Origin: Parcubacteria group bacterium
Lineage (GTDB): Bacteria > Patescibacteriota > Microgenomatia > UBA1400 > PJMF01
NCBI GenBank assembly: GCA_943350175.1
Contig: CALQZX010000005.1
Coordinates: 150 to 64,149 of the forward strand
Length of the DNA stretch: 64,000 nucleotides
Reading direction: 5' to 3'
The position numbers were made by a program, and so were the translations under genes. The number at the start of each line of letters is the position of its first letter. Position 1 is the stretch's first letter. Under the pieces are notes generated by a model. It did not search any database, was not told where the DNA came from, and saw nothing but the letters and a program-made list of their open reading frames with translations. Of this stretch, positions 48,506 through 58,017 are shown in pieces.

Positions 48506-48546
48506 AATAGTTGTATTTATACGTTGTATCATATAATACAACTATT
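48506..48546. promoter_or_regulatory. Inverted repeat over a divergent promoter
   Basis: AATAGTTGTATT, 17 nt, AATACAACTATT; TATAAT at 48532-37. Confidence 0.6.
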
Positions 48547-48550
48547 GAAT

Positions 48551-50704
48551 ATGAAAATGGAATACCCATCTAGAAAATCACCTCTCGTTCCAAAGCCGCT
48601 TCTTTCAGTTTTAGAAAAAATTATTATTCCAGAGGAGATTTGTCAAAAGCATGGCATTAAATTTAATAGCAATATTTTAGACATTGCTCAGATCCAATTG
48701 CTGGATTTATCGGCAGATGCCATAGAGGATCTTGGGAGATTTGTTGCAGCATGTGTTGGTGAAAAAAATAGTGAACTTAAGAAAATTAATGGCATGATAT
48801 CTTCAATTTCTTTAAAAGCTAAATTTGTTATGTCTAAAATTAATATTCGTAATAAAAATTCTCTCATGAGATCTGGGTTTAAAGATTCAGATGATTTTTC
48901 TCAAATTCCACTTTCAAGCCTATTTAAAGTTAAGAATCTTGGTCCATTGGGAATATTGGAAATATTTTCAGTTCTATATTTATTTACTGATAAAAACTCT
49001 TATGATAATAAAAATAACGACCTAGTGTTTTCTAAAGCCCTTTCGAATTTAGCTTTAGAGTTATCAAAAAAAGATTGGGCAACGAATGTCTACATAAATG
49101 ATCCAAGAATTGCAGACGATTTAGAATTGCTAGATATGGGATTTGAAAATTTAACTTTAGCTGAGGTTGCTAAAAAAATTGAATCTTCAGCTCATCAAGT
49201 TGAAACAGTGCAATCAAAAAAATATTTACTTAGAAGTTTTATTTTAAAAAATGAACAAAGGTTAAATTTTAATTTAAAACAAGAGGTTGTTGAAATTATT
49301 GAATTCATTGAAACAAACTTTAAGTATAGGCAAATAGTGACTGCCAGGTTGGGATTGGATGGAGAGGATCCTATAACGCTAGAAGAAGTAGGACAAAAAA
49401 TGGGAATTACGCGCGAACGAGTTAGGCAAATTGAGGCAAAAACTATAAAAAAAATTAAAAACTATCTTCCTATTTGGACCCCTGTATTGGACAAAGCAAT
49501 AAAAATAATCTCAAAATATTCCTTAATTCATGAAAATAAACTTCAAATGGTGTTACTTAAAGAGAAAGTTGTCGCAGAAAGGTTTTCAATAAAATCAATT
49601 CAAAAAATAGCAGAAGTTTTTAGTAGAAATATTAGAATTGAATTTGATGCAGAAACAAAGCTAGTTGGTTCTAATGAACTAATTCAATATGTTCCAAAAA
49701 TATTGGGAGTGATTATTAGATTAATTGATCATTGGGGTGCACTAAATATTGATAATGTAGTTTTAAAGTTGGAACAAGATGGGATAAAAGTAAATAGTCA
49801 GCATTTAGTAGAAATACTCGAAATTAATAAAGATATCTGTTGGTTAGACGATGATAAAAAATGGTTTTGGATAAAAACGCGAAATAGTAGGAACAGGGTA
49901 TTAAACTCTATTGAGAAAATAATGTCTGTGGCTGGAGAAATTAATCTTGGAGATTTAAGAAATGGAACAGGTCGCAGCAATAGAATGCATGGCGTTAGAT
50001 TGCCAAGTAAAATTTTGCTTTCTCTTTGTTTGTCGTCAGGCAAATATATTGAGCTAGAAGGTAAAAGGATAGGTGGAATTAATCTACCAGATTGGGGTGA
50101 AACACTAACAGGTGTTGAAAAAACACTTGTTGAAATTTTATTTAGAAATGGATTTGTAATGAAAAGGGAAAAGCTTGAAGAAGCAGCAATATCTTCTGGA
50201 ATAAACAAATCAACATTCTATGTTTATCTGGGTTATTCACCAGTAATTCAAAGATATGCTCATGGAGTCTATGGTTTAAGAGGGGCTTCTATTAATGCAG
50301 CTAAAGTTAAATCTCTAATTCCTCAGCTTATTAGAAAAGGTAAGTCCATTCAGGACTATGGATTTACTGATTCCGGAAATCCATGGATAGGATTTAAAAT
50401 GTCACGCTCCTCCACAGCAAGTGGAGTTTTAGGTTCTCCAAGTTCATTTTCGAGATATATTATCGGTTCATATAAACTCATCACTGAAACAAAAGAAGTA
50501 GTTGGGACACTTGTTGTAAAAAGTAATAATATGTGGGGATTATCTCCATTTTTCAGAACATGGGGAGTTGAAAGCGGTGATTACATAGTTTTGGAATTTA
50601 AAAAAAGTAATGATACTGTATTAGTGACGGCAGGAGATCAAGAATTACTTGGTTGCTATCAGAACAAAGAAGAATTCCAATTTGTAGAGCAAGTGCTTAT
50701 TTAG
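48551..50704 (+). CDS. Protein with RNAP alpha-CTD-like and sigma70 region-4 HTH domains
   Basis: NIRNKNSLMRSG...LFKVKNLGPLGILEI (alphaCTD HhH) and RLGLDGEDPITLEEVGQKMGITRERVRQIE (sigma4). Confidence 0.8.
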   Translation: MKMEYPSRKSPLVPKPLLSVLEKIIIPEEICQKHGIKFNSNILDIAQIQLLDLSADAIEDLGRFVAACVGEKNSELKKINGMISSISLKAKFVMSKINIRNKNSLMRSGFKDSDDFSQIPLSSLFKVKNLGPLGILEIFSVLYLFTDKNSYDNKNNDLVFSKALSNLALELSKKDWATNVYINDPRIADDLELLDMGFENLTLAEVAKKIESSAHQVETVQSKKYLLRSFILKNEQRLNFNLKQEVVEIIEFIETNFKYRQIVTARLGLDGEDPITLEEVGQKMGITRERVRQIEAKTIKKIKNYLPIWTPVLDKAIKIISKYSLIHENKLQMVLLKEKVVAERFSIKSIQKIAEVFSRNIRIEFDAETKLVGSNELIQYVPKILGVIIRLIDHWGALNIDNVVLKLEQDGIKVNSQHLVEILEINKDICWLDDDKKWFWIKTRNSRNRVLNSIEKIMSVAGEINLGDLRNGTGRSNRMHGVRLPSKILLSLCLSSGKYIELEGKRIGGINLPDWGETLTGVEKTLVEILFRNGFVMKREKLEEAAISSGINKSTFYVYLGYSPVIQRYAHGVYGLRGASINAAKVKSLIPQLIRKGKSIQDYGFTDSGNPWIGFKMSRSSTASGVLGSPSSFSRYIIGSYKLITETKEVVGTLVVKSNNMWGLSPFFRTWGVESGDYIVLEFKKSNDTVLVTAGDQELLGCYQNKEEFQFVEQVLI

Positions 50705-50777
50705 AAGTTATTGAGATTTATGACTGTGAGTAATCGCTTAGCTTTTTAATATGTTTCTATAAACATATAGGTAATAT

Positions 50778-50894
50778 CTAACCTAAATTAAGATCAAACC
50801 CTACTTCCTCAGGCGTAAACCAATTCCCCATCACATTTAAAATCTTCTCAAGTGACTGACTTAAATTTTCCACCCAATTTATATCTGGTTCGCC
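50778..50894 (-). other. Detached C-terminal tail of the island B recombinase
   Basis: GEPDINWVENLSQSLEKILNVMGNWFTPEEVGFDLNLG*, in frame with the recombinase across the TCGCCA core. Confidence 0.7.
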
Positions 50895-50900
50895 AAGTAA

Positions 50901-50931
50901 AAGAAGGACGTCAGAAATGGCGTCTTTTTTT
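50901..50931 (+). terminator. Intrinsic terminator, probably the displaced tRNA-Asp terminator
   Basis: GACGTCA-gaaa-TGGCGTC followed by T7. Confidence 0.8.
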
Positions 50932-51075
50932 GTTTATGATCTTAAATCTGAGTCGGACGGCGAAACTAGTTCGCGACGGAAAGTGAATCCGATTTTTGGT
51001 GAATACGACTCTTTATCGTTATTTGTGATATATTTTAATTGTTTTGTGAACACAAGCAATTAAAATGAAGGATTT

Positions 51076-51381
51076 TTGATGTGCGAAGATGATTCTAAAC
51101 AGGAAAGTATATTGCTGGGGCAACTAGATAGAACTAATCCAGCGACACGTGCAGAGCAGCCTTCTCAAGAAATTTTAACTGAAATGACCAAGCTTTTATT
51201 GGCAAGTAATACGTTTATAGAGTGGAATGCCTTCATATCAAGTATTATTTCAAGAAATAGAGGAATTATTCCACAGTCTTTGCTTAATGAAATCGCTCAG
51301 CCTGGTTCTGCACTTCAGAATCATCTCAACGATTTAAAAATTAAAGAATTTGGCAACACTTTTTCAAGAAAAAAATATTAA
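51076..51381 (+). CDS. Hypothetical protein
   Basis: 101-aa ORF. Confidence 0.45.
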   Translation: MMCEDDSKQESILLGQLDRTNPATRAEQPSQEILTEMTKLLLASNTFIEWNAFISSIISRNRGIIPQSLLNEIAQPGSALQNHLNDLKIKEFGNTFSRKKY

Positions 51382-51397
51382 AATATTTATAATTAAT

Positions 51398-51471
51398 GCG
51401 ACCGTAGTTCAGCGGTAGAATGCAAGCTTCCCAAGCTTGAGGTGAGGGTTCGACTCCCTTCGGTCGCTCCA
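51398..51471 (+). tRNA. tRNA-Gly(CCC)
   Basis: GCGACCG/CGGTCGC acceptor stem, CAAGC-TTCCCAA-GCTTG anticodon arm, encoded CCA. Confidence 0.96.
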
Positions 51472-51472
51472 G

Positions 51473-51811
51473 ATGAATAAAAAAATATTAGTTTCAACAT
51501 CGGCTATCATTTTTTCCTGCTTAGCACTATTGCTATTAAATTCGCAGTCTCTTTTACTTTGCTCAACCCTAATCTTGTTGGCTTTTGCAAAACACAAGAT
51601 TTATCCAATTAAAAAAGAATTATTTTGGTATTTATTAGTTGGATTTGGAGGAGCATTTGTTGAAATTATTTTAGTAAATTTTGGAAATGCTTGGAGTTAT
51701 TCAGCTCAGCATCTTTTCAATATTCCAATTTGGATGCCATTTTTTTGGGCAACATTAGGGACTACAATAATATCGTTATACGAAGGAATTAATCTTAAGG
51801 AATCTAAATGA
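51473..51811 (+). CDS. Small membrane protein (DUF2878-like)
   Basis: G...E.......WSY.......IPIWMPFFW pattern. Confidence 0.6.
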   Translation: MNKKILVSTSAIIFSCLALLLLNSQSLLLCSTLILLAFAKHKIYPIKKELFWYLLVGFGGAFVEIILVNFGNAWSYSAQHLFNIPIWMPFFWATLGTTIISLYEGINLKESK

Positions 51812-52392
51812 GACATCACCAAGTCGCAAAATTAGTTGAACAAGCTTATCTTTCTTCCAAGCAAAACATCGCTCTTTGGATGTGGCAAAATCATTTGCAG
51901 TTTGTAGCTCAAAAAGCTTCGGAACTTTCAGACAAATTTAACGCCAATGCAGACTTAGCTGTTGCTGGAGCTTTTTTACATGACTTTGGCGATGCTTTTG
52001 TCAGTCGTCACGCTGATAACCATGAAGAAATCTCTAAGCAAGAATCCATTAAAGTTTTACAAAAGGCAGACTATTCCTCACAAGAAATTCAAGAAATCTT
52101 AGAAAAAATTATCGCTCCCCACTCCTGCTACGAAGGAAATATGCCAGAAACTTTGGAGGGCAAGGTTTTGGCAACTGCTGATGCGCTCGCTCATTTGACC
52201 ACTGATTTTTATGTCCAGTTCGCTTGGAAAAATATGCCGGACGGAAAATCTTATCAAGAGTTCTTGGTTTGGGTCGGTGAAAAACTTGAGCGAGATTTCA
52301 ACGATAAAATCTTTTTTGAAGAAATCAAAGATGAAGTGCGAGAAAAATATTTAGCTTTAAAATTAGTATTTAGTTCTTCAAAAATGCTTTAG
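51808..52392 (+). CDS. HD-domain protein
   Basis: NHL, FLHDFGD and TADALAH. Confidence 0.85.
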   Translation: MRHHQVAKLVEQAYLSSKQNIALWMWQNHLQFVAQKASELSDKFNANADLAVAGAFLHDFGDAFVSRHADNHEEISKQESIKVLQKADYSSQEIQEILEKIIAPHSCYEGNMPETLEGKVLATADALAHLTTDFYVQFAWKNMPDGKSYQEFLVWVGEKLERDFNDKIFFEEIKDEVREKYLALKLVFSSSKML

Positions 52393-52398
52393 TTTCTC

Positions 52399-53085
52399 TT
52401 ATCTAATTCTCTCTCCAGTCCCACCATCGTAGGCGACTAAATCTTCAGGTCTAGATGAAGTAGATTCAATAATCGAGCGCTGTTTGGTGAAATATGCTTC
52501 GTTTTCGCGATAAAACTGTTCATCATTGGCATAAGGAACCGCTCCGTCTGGATATCTTGCAAATTCTTTTTTGAACAAATCTGTGATCAACTTTTCTCTT
52601 TCAGGCAGAACTAGTCCATTTGCAGGATTACTTAATGGATTTGCCTCGTAGGAATAACCCTGCCCAAAAAATTTATGGAGTATTGCTTCGATGCGTGGGT
52701 AATGTTGAGTATCAGAATTATATGTAAACCTCCTCCATTCAGGATGATATTCTCGAATATATTTAAGCATTGCGCCTGCTTCAGTGGCTGTATCAAACCC
52801 GGCTTTCATTGGAGTTACATTAGTAAAACCGTCGTAGCCTGTTAATAAACGTGATGTAGTGATGGACATAGATTCATCTGGATAATTTTTACCAGTGTGA
52901 TAATTATGTTGTCCACCACCAACTAATATTGGAAAATCACTACTAATCATTCCCTCATCTCGTAATCTATAAATTTGAAGTATGCGACCGATGCTTAAAT
53001 GGTTCGCCTGGTATTTTTCTTGAAGTACATCTAGAGTCACTCCACCCATAAAACACAAAATTGCATCAGAATCAAGTTTGCTCAT
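52399..53085 (-). CDS. YdcF/DUF218-like protein
   Basis: DAILCFMGG, ILVGGG, DTATEA and SDTQHYPR. Confidence 0.6.
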   Translation of the reverse strand: MSKLDSDAILCFMGGVTLDVLQEKYQANHLSIGRILQIYRLRDEGMISSDFPILVGGGQHNYHTGKNYPDESMSITTSRLLTGYDGFTNVTPMKAGFDTATEAGAMLKYIREYHPEWRRFTYNSDTQHYPRIEAILHKFFGQGYSYEANPLSNPANGLVLPEREKLITDLFKKEFARYPDGAVPYANDEQFYRENEAYFTKQRSIIESTSSRPEDLVAYDGGTGERIR

Positions 53086-53159
53086 ATCTGTATTTTAAAT
53101 TAAAATAACTCTAGAGTCATCACAAATATCATCCGGAACTCTATTAATAAAATTATAAT

Positions 53160-54077
53160 ATGCAAAATTTCATCACCCTCAGCAATGGCCAGCAAATGCC
53201 AAGCCTCGGCCTTGGTACTTGGAGGTCTTTGACTGGAACTGGTAAAACAGCGGTCAAATACGCCATAGAAAAAGTCGGCTATCGTCATATCGATTGCGCC
53301 AGTGTCTATAAAAATGAAAAAGAGATTGGCGAGGCTTTTAATGAAGTTTTTAGCAGTGACAAAATCAAAAGAAGCGAAGTTTTTATTACCAGTAAATTAT
53401 GGTGTACCGATCATCACAGCGATAATGTAGAAAAAGCTTGTCGCCAAACTTTGGCAGATCTAAAGCTTGAATATTTAGATCTCTATTTAATGCATTGGGG
53501 AATTGCTTTTGAACATGGTGGCGATCTAGAGCCAATCGGCAGCGATGGCGTTATCAAAACAGCAGCAGTTTCTACGCAGGAAACTTGGCAAGCTATGGAA
53601 AAGTTGGTGGAAAAAGGCTTAGTTAAAGCAATCGGTGTCGCTAACTTCACAACCGCGATGTTAATTGATCTGCTTGGCTACGCTAGGATTAAACCAGCTG
53701 TCAATCAAATTGAAATTCACCCATACAATAGTCAACCTGAATTGGTTTCTTTTTGCCAAAAAAACAATATTGCAGTAACCGCCTATTCTCCACTTGGTTC
53801 TGCTGGAGATTTGGACAACAAACCTTTGAGTGATGAAGTTGTTGTAGAAATCGCCGGAACACACGCTAAATCCCCTGCACAAATTTTAATTAAATGGTCA
53901 ATGCAGCGCGGTCTAATTGTCATTCCAAAAAGTATCAAAGAATCACGCATGGATGAAAACTTCAATGTCTTTGATTTTGAATTAACTGATGAAGAAATGA
54001 ACAGAATTAATAAGCTAAATAAAAATCATCGTTTTATAAATCCAATTGAGTGGTGGGGCGTGCCATATTTCAATTAA
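53160..54077 (+). CDS. Aldo/keto reductase
   Basis: GLGTW, GYRHIDCASVY, LDLYLMHW, NQIEIHP and IPKS. Confidence 0.95.
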   Translation: MQNFITLSNGQQMPSLGLGTWRSLTGTGKTAVKYAIEKVGYRHIDCASVYKNEKEIGEAFNEVFSSDKIKRSEVFITSKLWCTDHHSDNVEKACRQTLADLKLEYLDLYLMHWGIAFEHGGDLEPIGSDGVIKTAAVSTQETWQAMEKLVEKGLVKAIGVANFTTAMLIDLLGYARIKPAVNQIEIHPYNSQPELVSFCQKNNIAVTAYSPLGSAGDLDNKPLSDEVVVEIAGTHAKSPAQILIKWSMQRGLIVIPKSIKESRMDENFNVFDFELTDEEMNRINKLNKNHRFINPIEWWGVPYFN

Positions 54078-54131
54078 TTGTAGTAAAATTATCCGTTGAG
54101 CGTGATCATTTTTGTTTAAATTTTACAAAGT

Positions 54132-54204
54132 GCCAAAGTAGCTCAGCTGGTAGAGCAACGGTATCGTAAACCGTAGGTCGTGGGTTCGATCCCCACCTTT
54201 GGCT
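54132..54204 (+). tRNA. tRNA-Thr(CGT)
   Basis: GCCAAAG/CTTTGGC acceptor stem and ACGGT-ATCGTAA-ACCGT anticodon arm; CCA not encoded. Confidence 0.92.
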
Positions 54205-54237
54205 CAAAAGTAGTAATATAAAATATAGTAAAAACCT

Positions 54238-55002
54238 ATGTTTAACTCTAAAAATTATTCATCTATGTATCAACAAAAAAATGATAAAAAAGGTTTTGCC
54301 TCTTCCCGCTTGGTAAAAAGAGAAGAAAAGAAACTCAAAAAACAAACTTTTTATTATCTTTTTTTTGGCATTTTAATTCTTCTACTATTTATTTTTTTAA
54401 TCGTGCCAAATTTGATTAAGCTTTTCTTTGCGGTAATAGATAAAGATTCTCCTTTTGTAGAAAAAGACACCACTCCTCCACAAGTGCCGATTCTTTCTAG
54501 TTCTCCAGTTGAGGCGACTTTTTCTGCGAGCCTCAATCTTCGTGGTTTTGCTGAACCAAAGAGCAAGGTGGTTTTCTTGCTCGACTCAGTTAAAACAGCT
54601 GAAATTCAAGTGGCTGAAGATGGAAAGTTTGAACATGAGTTAGCTTTGACAGACGGTGCAAACGAATTATTGATTTTTGGTATTGATGAAGCAGGCAATG
54701 AATCGCTCAAAACTAAATCCTATATGATCGCTCGTGATGGCGAAGCTCCAATTTTGGAAATAGAAGAACCAAAGGATGGCTCAGTGATTGAATTAAAGAA
54801 AAACCGCACCACCACCATCAAAGGCAAGACTGAATCAGAAGCTAAAGTGATGATTAATGACCGCTTGGTTTTGGCTGATAAAGAGGGAAATTTTTCCAGC
54901 AACTACTATCTGACTGAGGGTAAAAACGAACTTAAATTTATAGTGACTGATAAGGCTACTAATAAAACAGAGCGAACAATTGAAGTTGAATTTAAACTCT
55001 AG
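54238..55002 (+). CDS. Membrane-anchored protein with two Ig-like domains
   Basis: TM segment, DTTPPQVP, DEAGNES and LTEGKNE...DKATN. Confidence 0.75.
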   Translation: MFNSKNYSSMYQQKNDKKGFASSRLVKREEKKLKKQTFYYLFFGILILLLFIFLIVPNLIKLFFAVIDKDSPFVEKDTTPPQVPILSSSPVEATFSASLNLRGFAEPKSKVVFLLDSVKTAEIQVAEDGKFEHELALTDGANELLIFGIDEAGNESLKTKSYMIARDGEAPILEIEEPKDGSVIELKKNRTTTIKGKTESEAKVMINDRLVLADKEGNFSSNYYLTEGKNELKFIVTDKATNKTERTIEVEFKL

Positions 55003-56111
55003 TCTTCCGCCAAAAATAATCCAAGGAAAATTAAGACCACAAAGCTTTGGGTGATTCCATTATTAAACATGGCGTGGGTAACTAAACTAGAGATCAGGTA
55101 TAGGTTTTCTTTTTTACTGTACTTTAGTGAATTAGTTACTAGTAGTAAAAAAAATAAACCGCCCGCAACTCCCAAATTGCTAAGTAAAAAAACAATTAAA
55201 TTGTCAGCGAAATGAGAGTGGCTCGGAATATTTTTTGCAATTTGTCTATTTTGATTGGGAATAAAAAGGCCTTGGCCAATTAACCAATCTTTACCGCTTA
55301 TACTCTGTAAGATTTCTTGATCGTTGCTGATTCTAGCCTGCGTAGAAGTAGTTCTAAGGAGGTTCACTCCATCGCCGCCACTTTGCTTGGGTAGAAAAGG
55401 CAAACTAATAAAAAAGAAAACCAGAACTAAAAGAATTGTTTTTTTATTATTATTTTTATCAATAAAAAATATAAATAAACTGCTGATTAGAAAAGCTAAG
55501 TAAGATGCTCTAGAGTAAGTCAAAAGTAGCCCTACAGCGAATAAAGCAATAGCAGCCCAATTTTTCTTTTTTTGCCATAGATAATAATTCAAATTGAACA
55601 CGAAGATTAGTCCAGTGAAGGCAGGATCGAGAATAGTGCTAGTCAATCTATACAGGTGGTCGTCATAGCCAGAGTAAATTAAGAAACGCAAATCTGGCAA
55701 AAATAAATATTGAATGAATCCAAGAATCAGAATGTTAAAAGAAACCAATCTCCACAGCCAACTTTTATCTTTTAGTTGTCTTTGGAGCAGTAAAACAAAG
55801 ACAAAATAAGCAAGCAAGCGACCTAAATAAAGAATCGCTCTATAATCAAAGCGACCTTCAAATAAAGCGACGATCCAAGATATAAAAACAACTCCTAAAA
55901 AAAGAAAAATGATTTTTTTTGGAAAATCTTGAATTTTTTTCAACTTTTGAATAATTTTTTTTCGCTGCACTATTGCTGCAAAAAGATCTTTCATCAAAAA
56001 GCCAACAATCAATAGATCATGCAAGTAAAAAGCGACATTATTTGTCAATTGAACTCTTTGTAATTGTCCAAGAGAAAGCAGAAAAACAAAAGCAATTAAG
56101 AAGAATTTCAT
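54999..56111 (-). CDS. O-antigen ligase/polymerase-like membrane protein
   Basis: RLTSTILDP, LLTYSRA and H..DN motifs; polytopic. Confidence 0.8.
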   Translation of the reverse strand: MKFFLIAFVFLLSLGQLQRVQLTNNVAFYLHDLLIVGFLMKDLFAAIVQRKKIIQKLKKIQDFPKKIIFLFLGVVFISWIVALFEGRFDYRAILYLGRLLAYFVFVLLLQRQLKDKSWLWRLVSFNILILGFIQYLFLPDLRFLIYSGYDDHLYRLTSTILDPAFTGLIFVFNLNYYLWQKKKNWAAIALFAVGLLLTYSRASYLAFLISSLFIFFIDKNNNKKTILLVLVFFFISLPFLPKQSGGDGVNLLRTTSTQARISNDQEILQSISGKDWLIGQGLFIPNQNRQIAKNIPSHSHFADNLIVFLLSNLGVAGGLFFLLLVTNSLKYSKKENLYLISSLVTHAMFNNGITQSFVVLIFLGLFLAED

Positions 56112-56137
56112 ATTTTATTTCGCTACAAGTCTATTAG

Positions 56138-57361
56138 TTACTCTAAACTTTTTTTCGCTCCAAATAGAGCGACGGGCAGAGCAACTATTCTACCAAGTAA
56201 AATACCAGAGACTGCTCCGACCAAGCCATAACTCTTGCCGAGAAAAGTAATCCCAGCCACTACTAAAACCAAAGAAATAATCATGTGTAGATTTAAATAA
56301 AAATACTTCTTCTTGGCGATAATTAGAGCATAAGTCATATTGGCAATGGTATGTACGATGCCAGCTAGAGTCAGAATGCGTAAGATTGGAACAGCATCTA
56401 GCCATTCTTTACCAAGCAACAGATCGACCAAGAGTTTTGGAAAAAATATTAATGGTGCAGAAACAACCGAAACAATTAATAAGGTAGAAAATAACGATTT
56501 GTAAAAAGCTCTTTTGAGACGTTCTTTCTCGTGATTTTCAGTCATCTTATTAAAGATTGGAGTAATGCCGTGATAAGCTGATTTTGAAAGCTCATAATTA
56601 GCTTTATGACTCAAGGCATAGGCATTGTGGTAAATACCGAGTTTGTAAGTGCCGACTATTTTGCCAAGTAAAAAATCGTCCACATTGTCATTGAGATAAC
56701 TGAGCAAGCTACTTAAGCTCAGCCATTTGGCATTTTTGAAAATAGCCTCTCCTCTACTTTTGATGTAATGGAAAATTGGTTTTTCCTTCAACATCAAAAA
56801 GGATAGAATTACCTCAAAAATTGCGCCAATAATTACTCCAAGACAAAGAGCCCAGACGGAATGGAGGGCAAAGGCTAGCCCAATTTGAGCGATTGTCTCA
56901 ACTGTTATACGCAAAGATTTATAAAGACTATCTTTGGAAAATTCAAATTTTTTCTGCCAATTAACAATGGCTGGATTGATAAAGCCTTTAATAATTGGCA
57001 CAAGAGCGACGATTGCAATCATTTGAAACAAGTTTGGCTCGTTGTAATAACTGGCCATGAAATAACCCATCAAAATCATAATTGAACCAATGACAAATCC
57101 TCTAATAATGGCAATCACAAAAGCAGTGTCGAGAAAATATTTAACTGGCTGTTTTGATTGCAACATGGTGATGTTGACGCCAGTTTGGGTGATACTCTCG
57201 GTAGTCCCAAGAGCGATCATTACTAGGGAGAAAAGACCAAACTGCTCAGGGCCAAGTAATCTAGCTAAGATAAAAATCTTCAAAAAACTAAGAGAAGAGG
57301 TAAAAATTTTCTCCAGGGTTTGCCAGCTAAAACCAGCGATAGCGTGTTTTTGATAGGTCAC
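56138..57361 (-). CDS. Wzx-type polysaccharide flippase
   Basis: ILARLLGPEQFG and D.FLLGK...LGIY..A; GTG start inferred. Confidence 0.88.
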   Translation of the reverse strand: MTYQKHAIAGFSWQTLEKIFTSSLSFLKIFILARLLGPEQFGLFSLVMIALGTTESITQTGVNITMLQSKQPVKYFLDTAFVIAIIRGFVIGSIMILMGYFMASYYNEPNLFQMIAIVALVPIIKGFINPAIVNWQKKFEFSKDSLYKSLRITVETIAQIGLAFALHSVWALCLGVIIGAIFEVILSFLMLKEKPIFHYIKSRGEAIFKNAKWLSLSSLLSYLNDNVDDFLLGKIVGTYKLGIYHNAYALSHKANYELSKSAYHGITPIFNKMTENHEKERLKRAFYKSLFSTLLIVSVVSAPLIFFPKLLVDLLLGKEWLDAVPILRILTLAGIVHTIANMTYALIIAKKKYFYLNLHMIISLVLVVAGITFLGKSYGLVGAVSGILLGRIVALPVALFGAKKSLE

Positions 57362-57429
57362 AACTCTATTGTAAGTTAAAAATGATGCTGCTTGCAAGCC
57401 ACCTTCGCAAAGTAGTAATATTAGCTCTT

Positions 57430-58017
57430 ATGAGCAGTACAGTTGAAAAAATTGGAGCCACTTTTCTTGATTTGATAGAGACCATGGCTATTTCCTTCTC
57501 TATTTTTTTAGTCGTTTATTTGTTTTTCTTACAGCCACATCAAGTTAATGGTCAGTCGATGGTGCCAAACTTTCAAAGTGGTGAGCATGTTCTAACTGAT
57601 AAAGTAACTTTTAAAATGAGAGATCCACAAAGAGGCGAGATAGTTGTTTTTCATGCTCCGCCAGATGCACACTGTCCAGAAGGAACGGGCTGTGATTTTA
57701 TCAAAAGAGTGCTTGGGGTTCCTGGAGACACAGTTGAGGTAAAAGAGAACGCCATTTGGGTAAATAGTGAAAAGCTACCAGAGCCATACATTCCAAGTGA
57801 TTATTTGATCTTGCCAGGTAATGCCACCAAGGGTAAAGGTGTTTATTTGGGTCCTAATGAATACTTCGTTTCTGGAGATAATAGACCTTATTCTAGTGAT
57901 TCTAGAGCCTGGGGAGCAATTACTAAGGATATGATTGTTGGGAGAGTTTTCTTTAGATATTGGCCTGTGGTCGCCATTAGTACGGTTGGCAAAGCTAGTT
58001 ATCCAGAACCATTTTAA
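57430..58017 (+). CDS. lepB: Signal peptidase I
   Basis: GQSMVP, FIKRVLGVPGD and GDNRPYSSDSR. Confidence 0.95.
   Translation: MSSTVEKIGATFLDLIETMAISFSIFLVVYLFFLQPHQVNGQSMVPNFQSGEHVLTDKVTFKMRDPQRGEIVVFHAPPDAHCPEGTGCDFIKRVLGVPGDTVEVKENAIWVNSEKLPEPYIPSDYLILPGNATKGKGVYLGPNEYFVSGDNRPYSSDSRAWGAITKDMIVGRVFFRYWPVVAISTVGKASYPEPF

Larger units (their letters stand above)
42833..50895. mobile_element. Genomic island B (~8 kb) integrated at the tRNA-Asp 3' end
   Basis: Recombinase abuts the tRNA; TCGCCA at 42833-38 and 50890-95; terminator directly after the right copy; AT-richer cargo. Confidence 0.8.

Noticed and set aside
51409-51597. 62-aa minus ORF
   Set aside because: Antisense to tRNA-Gly and the neighbouring gene.
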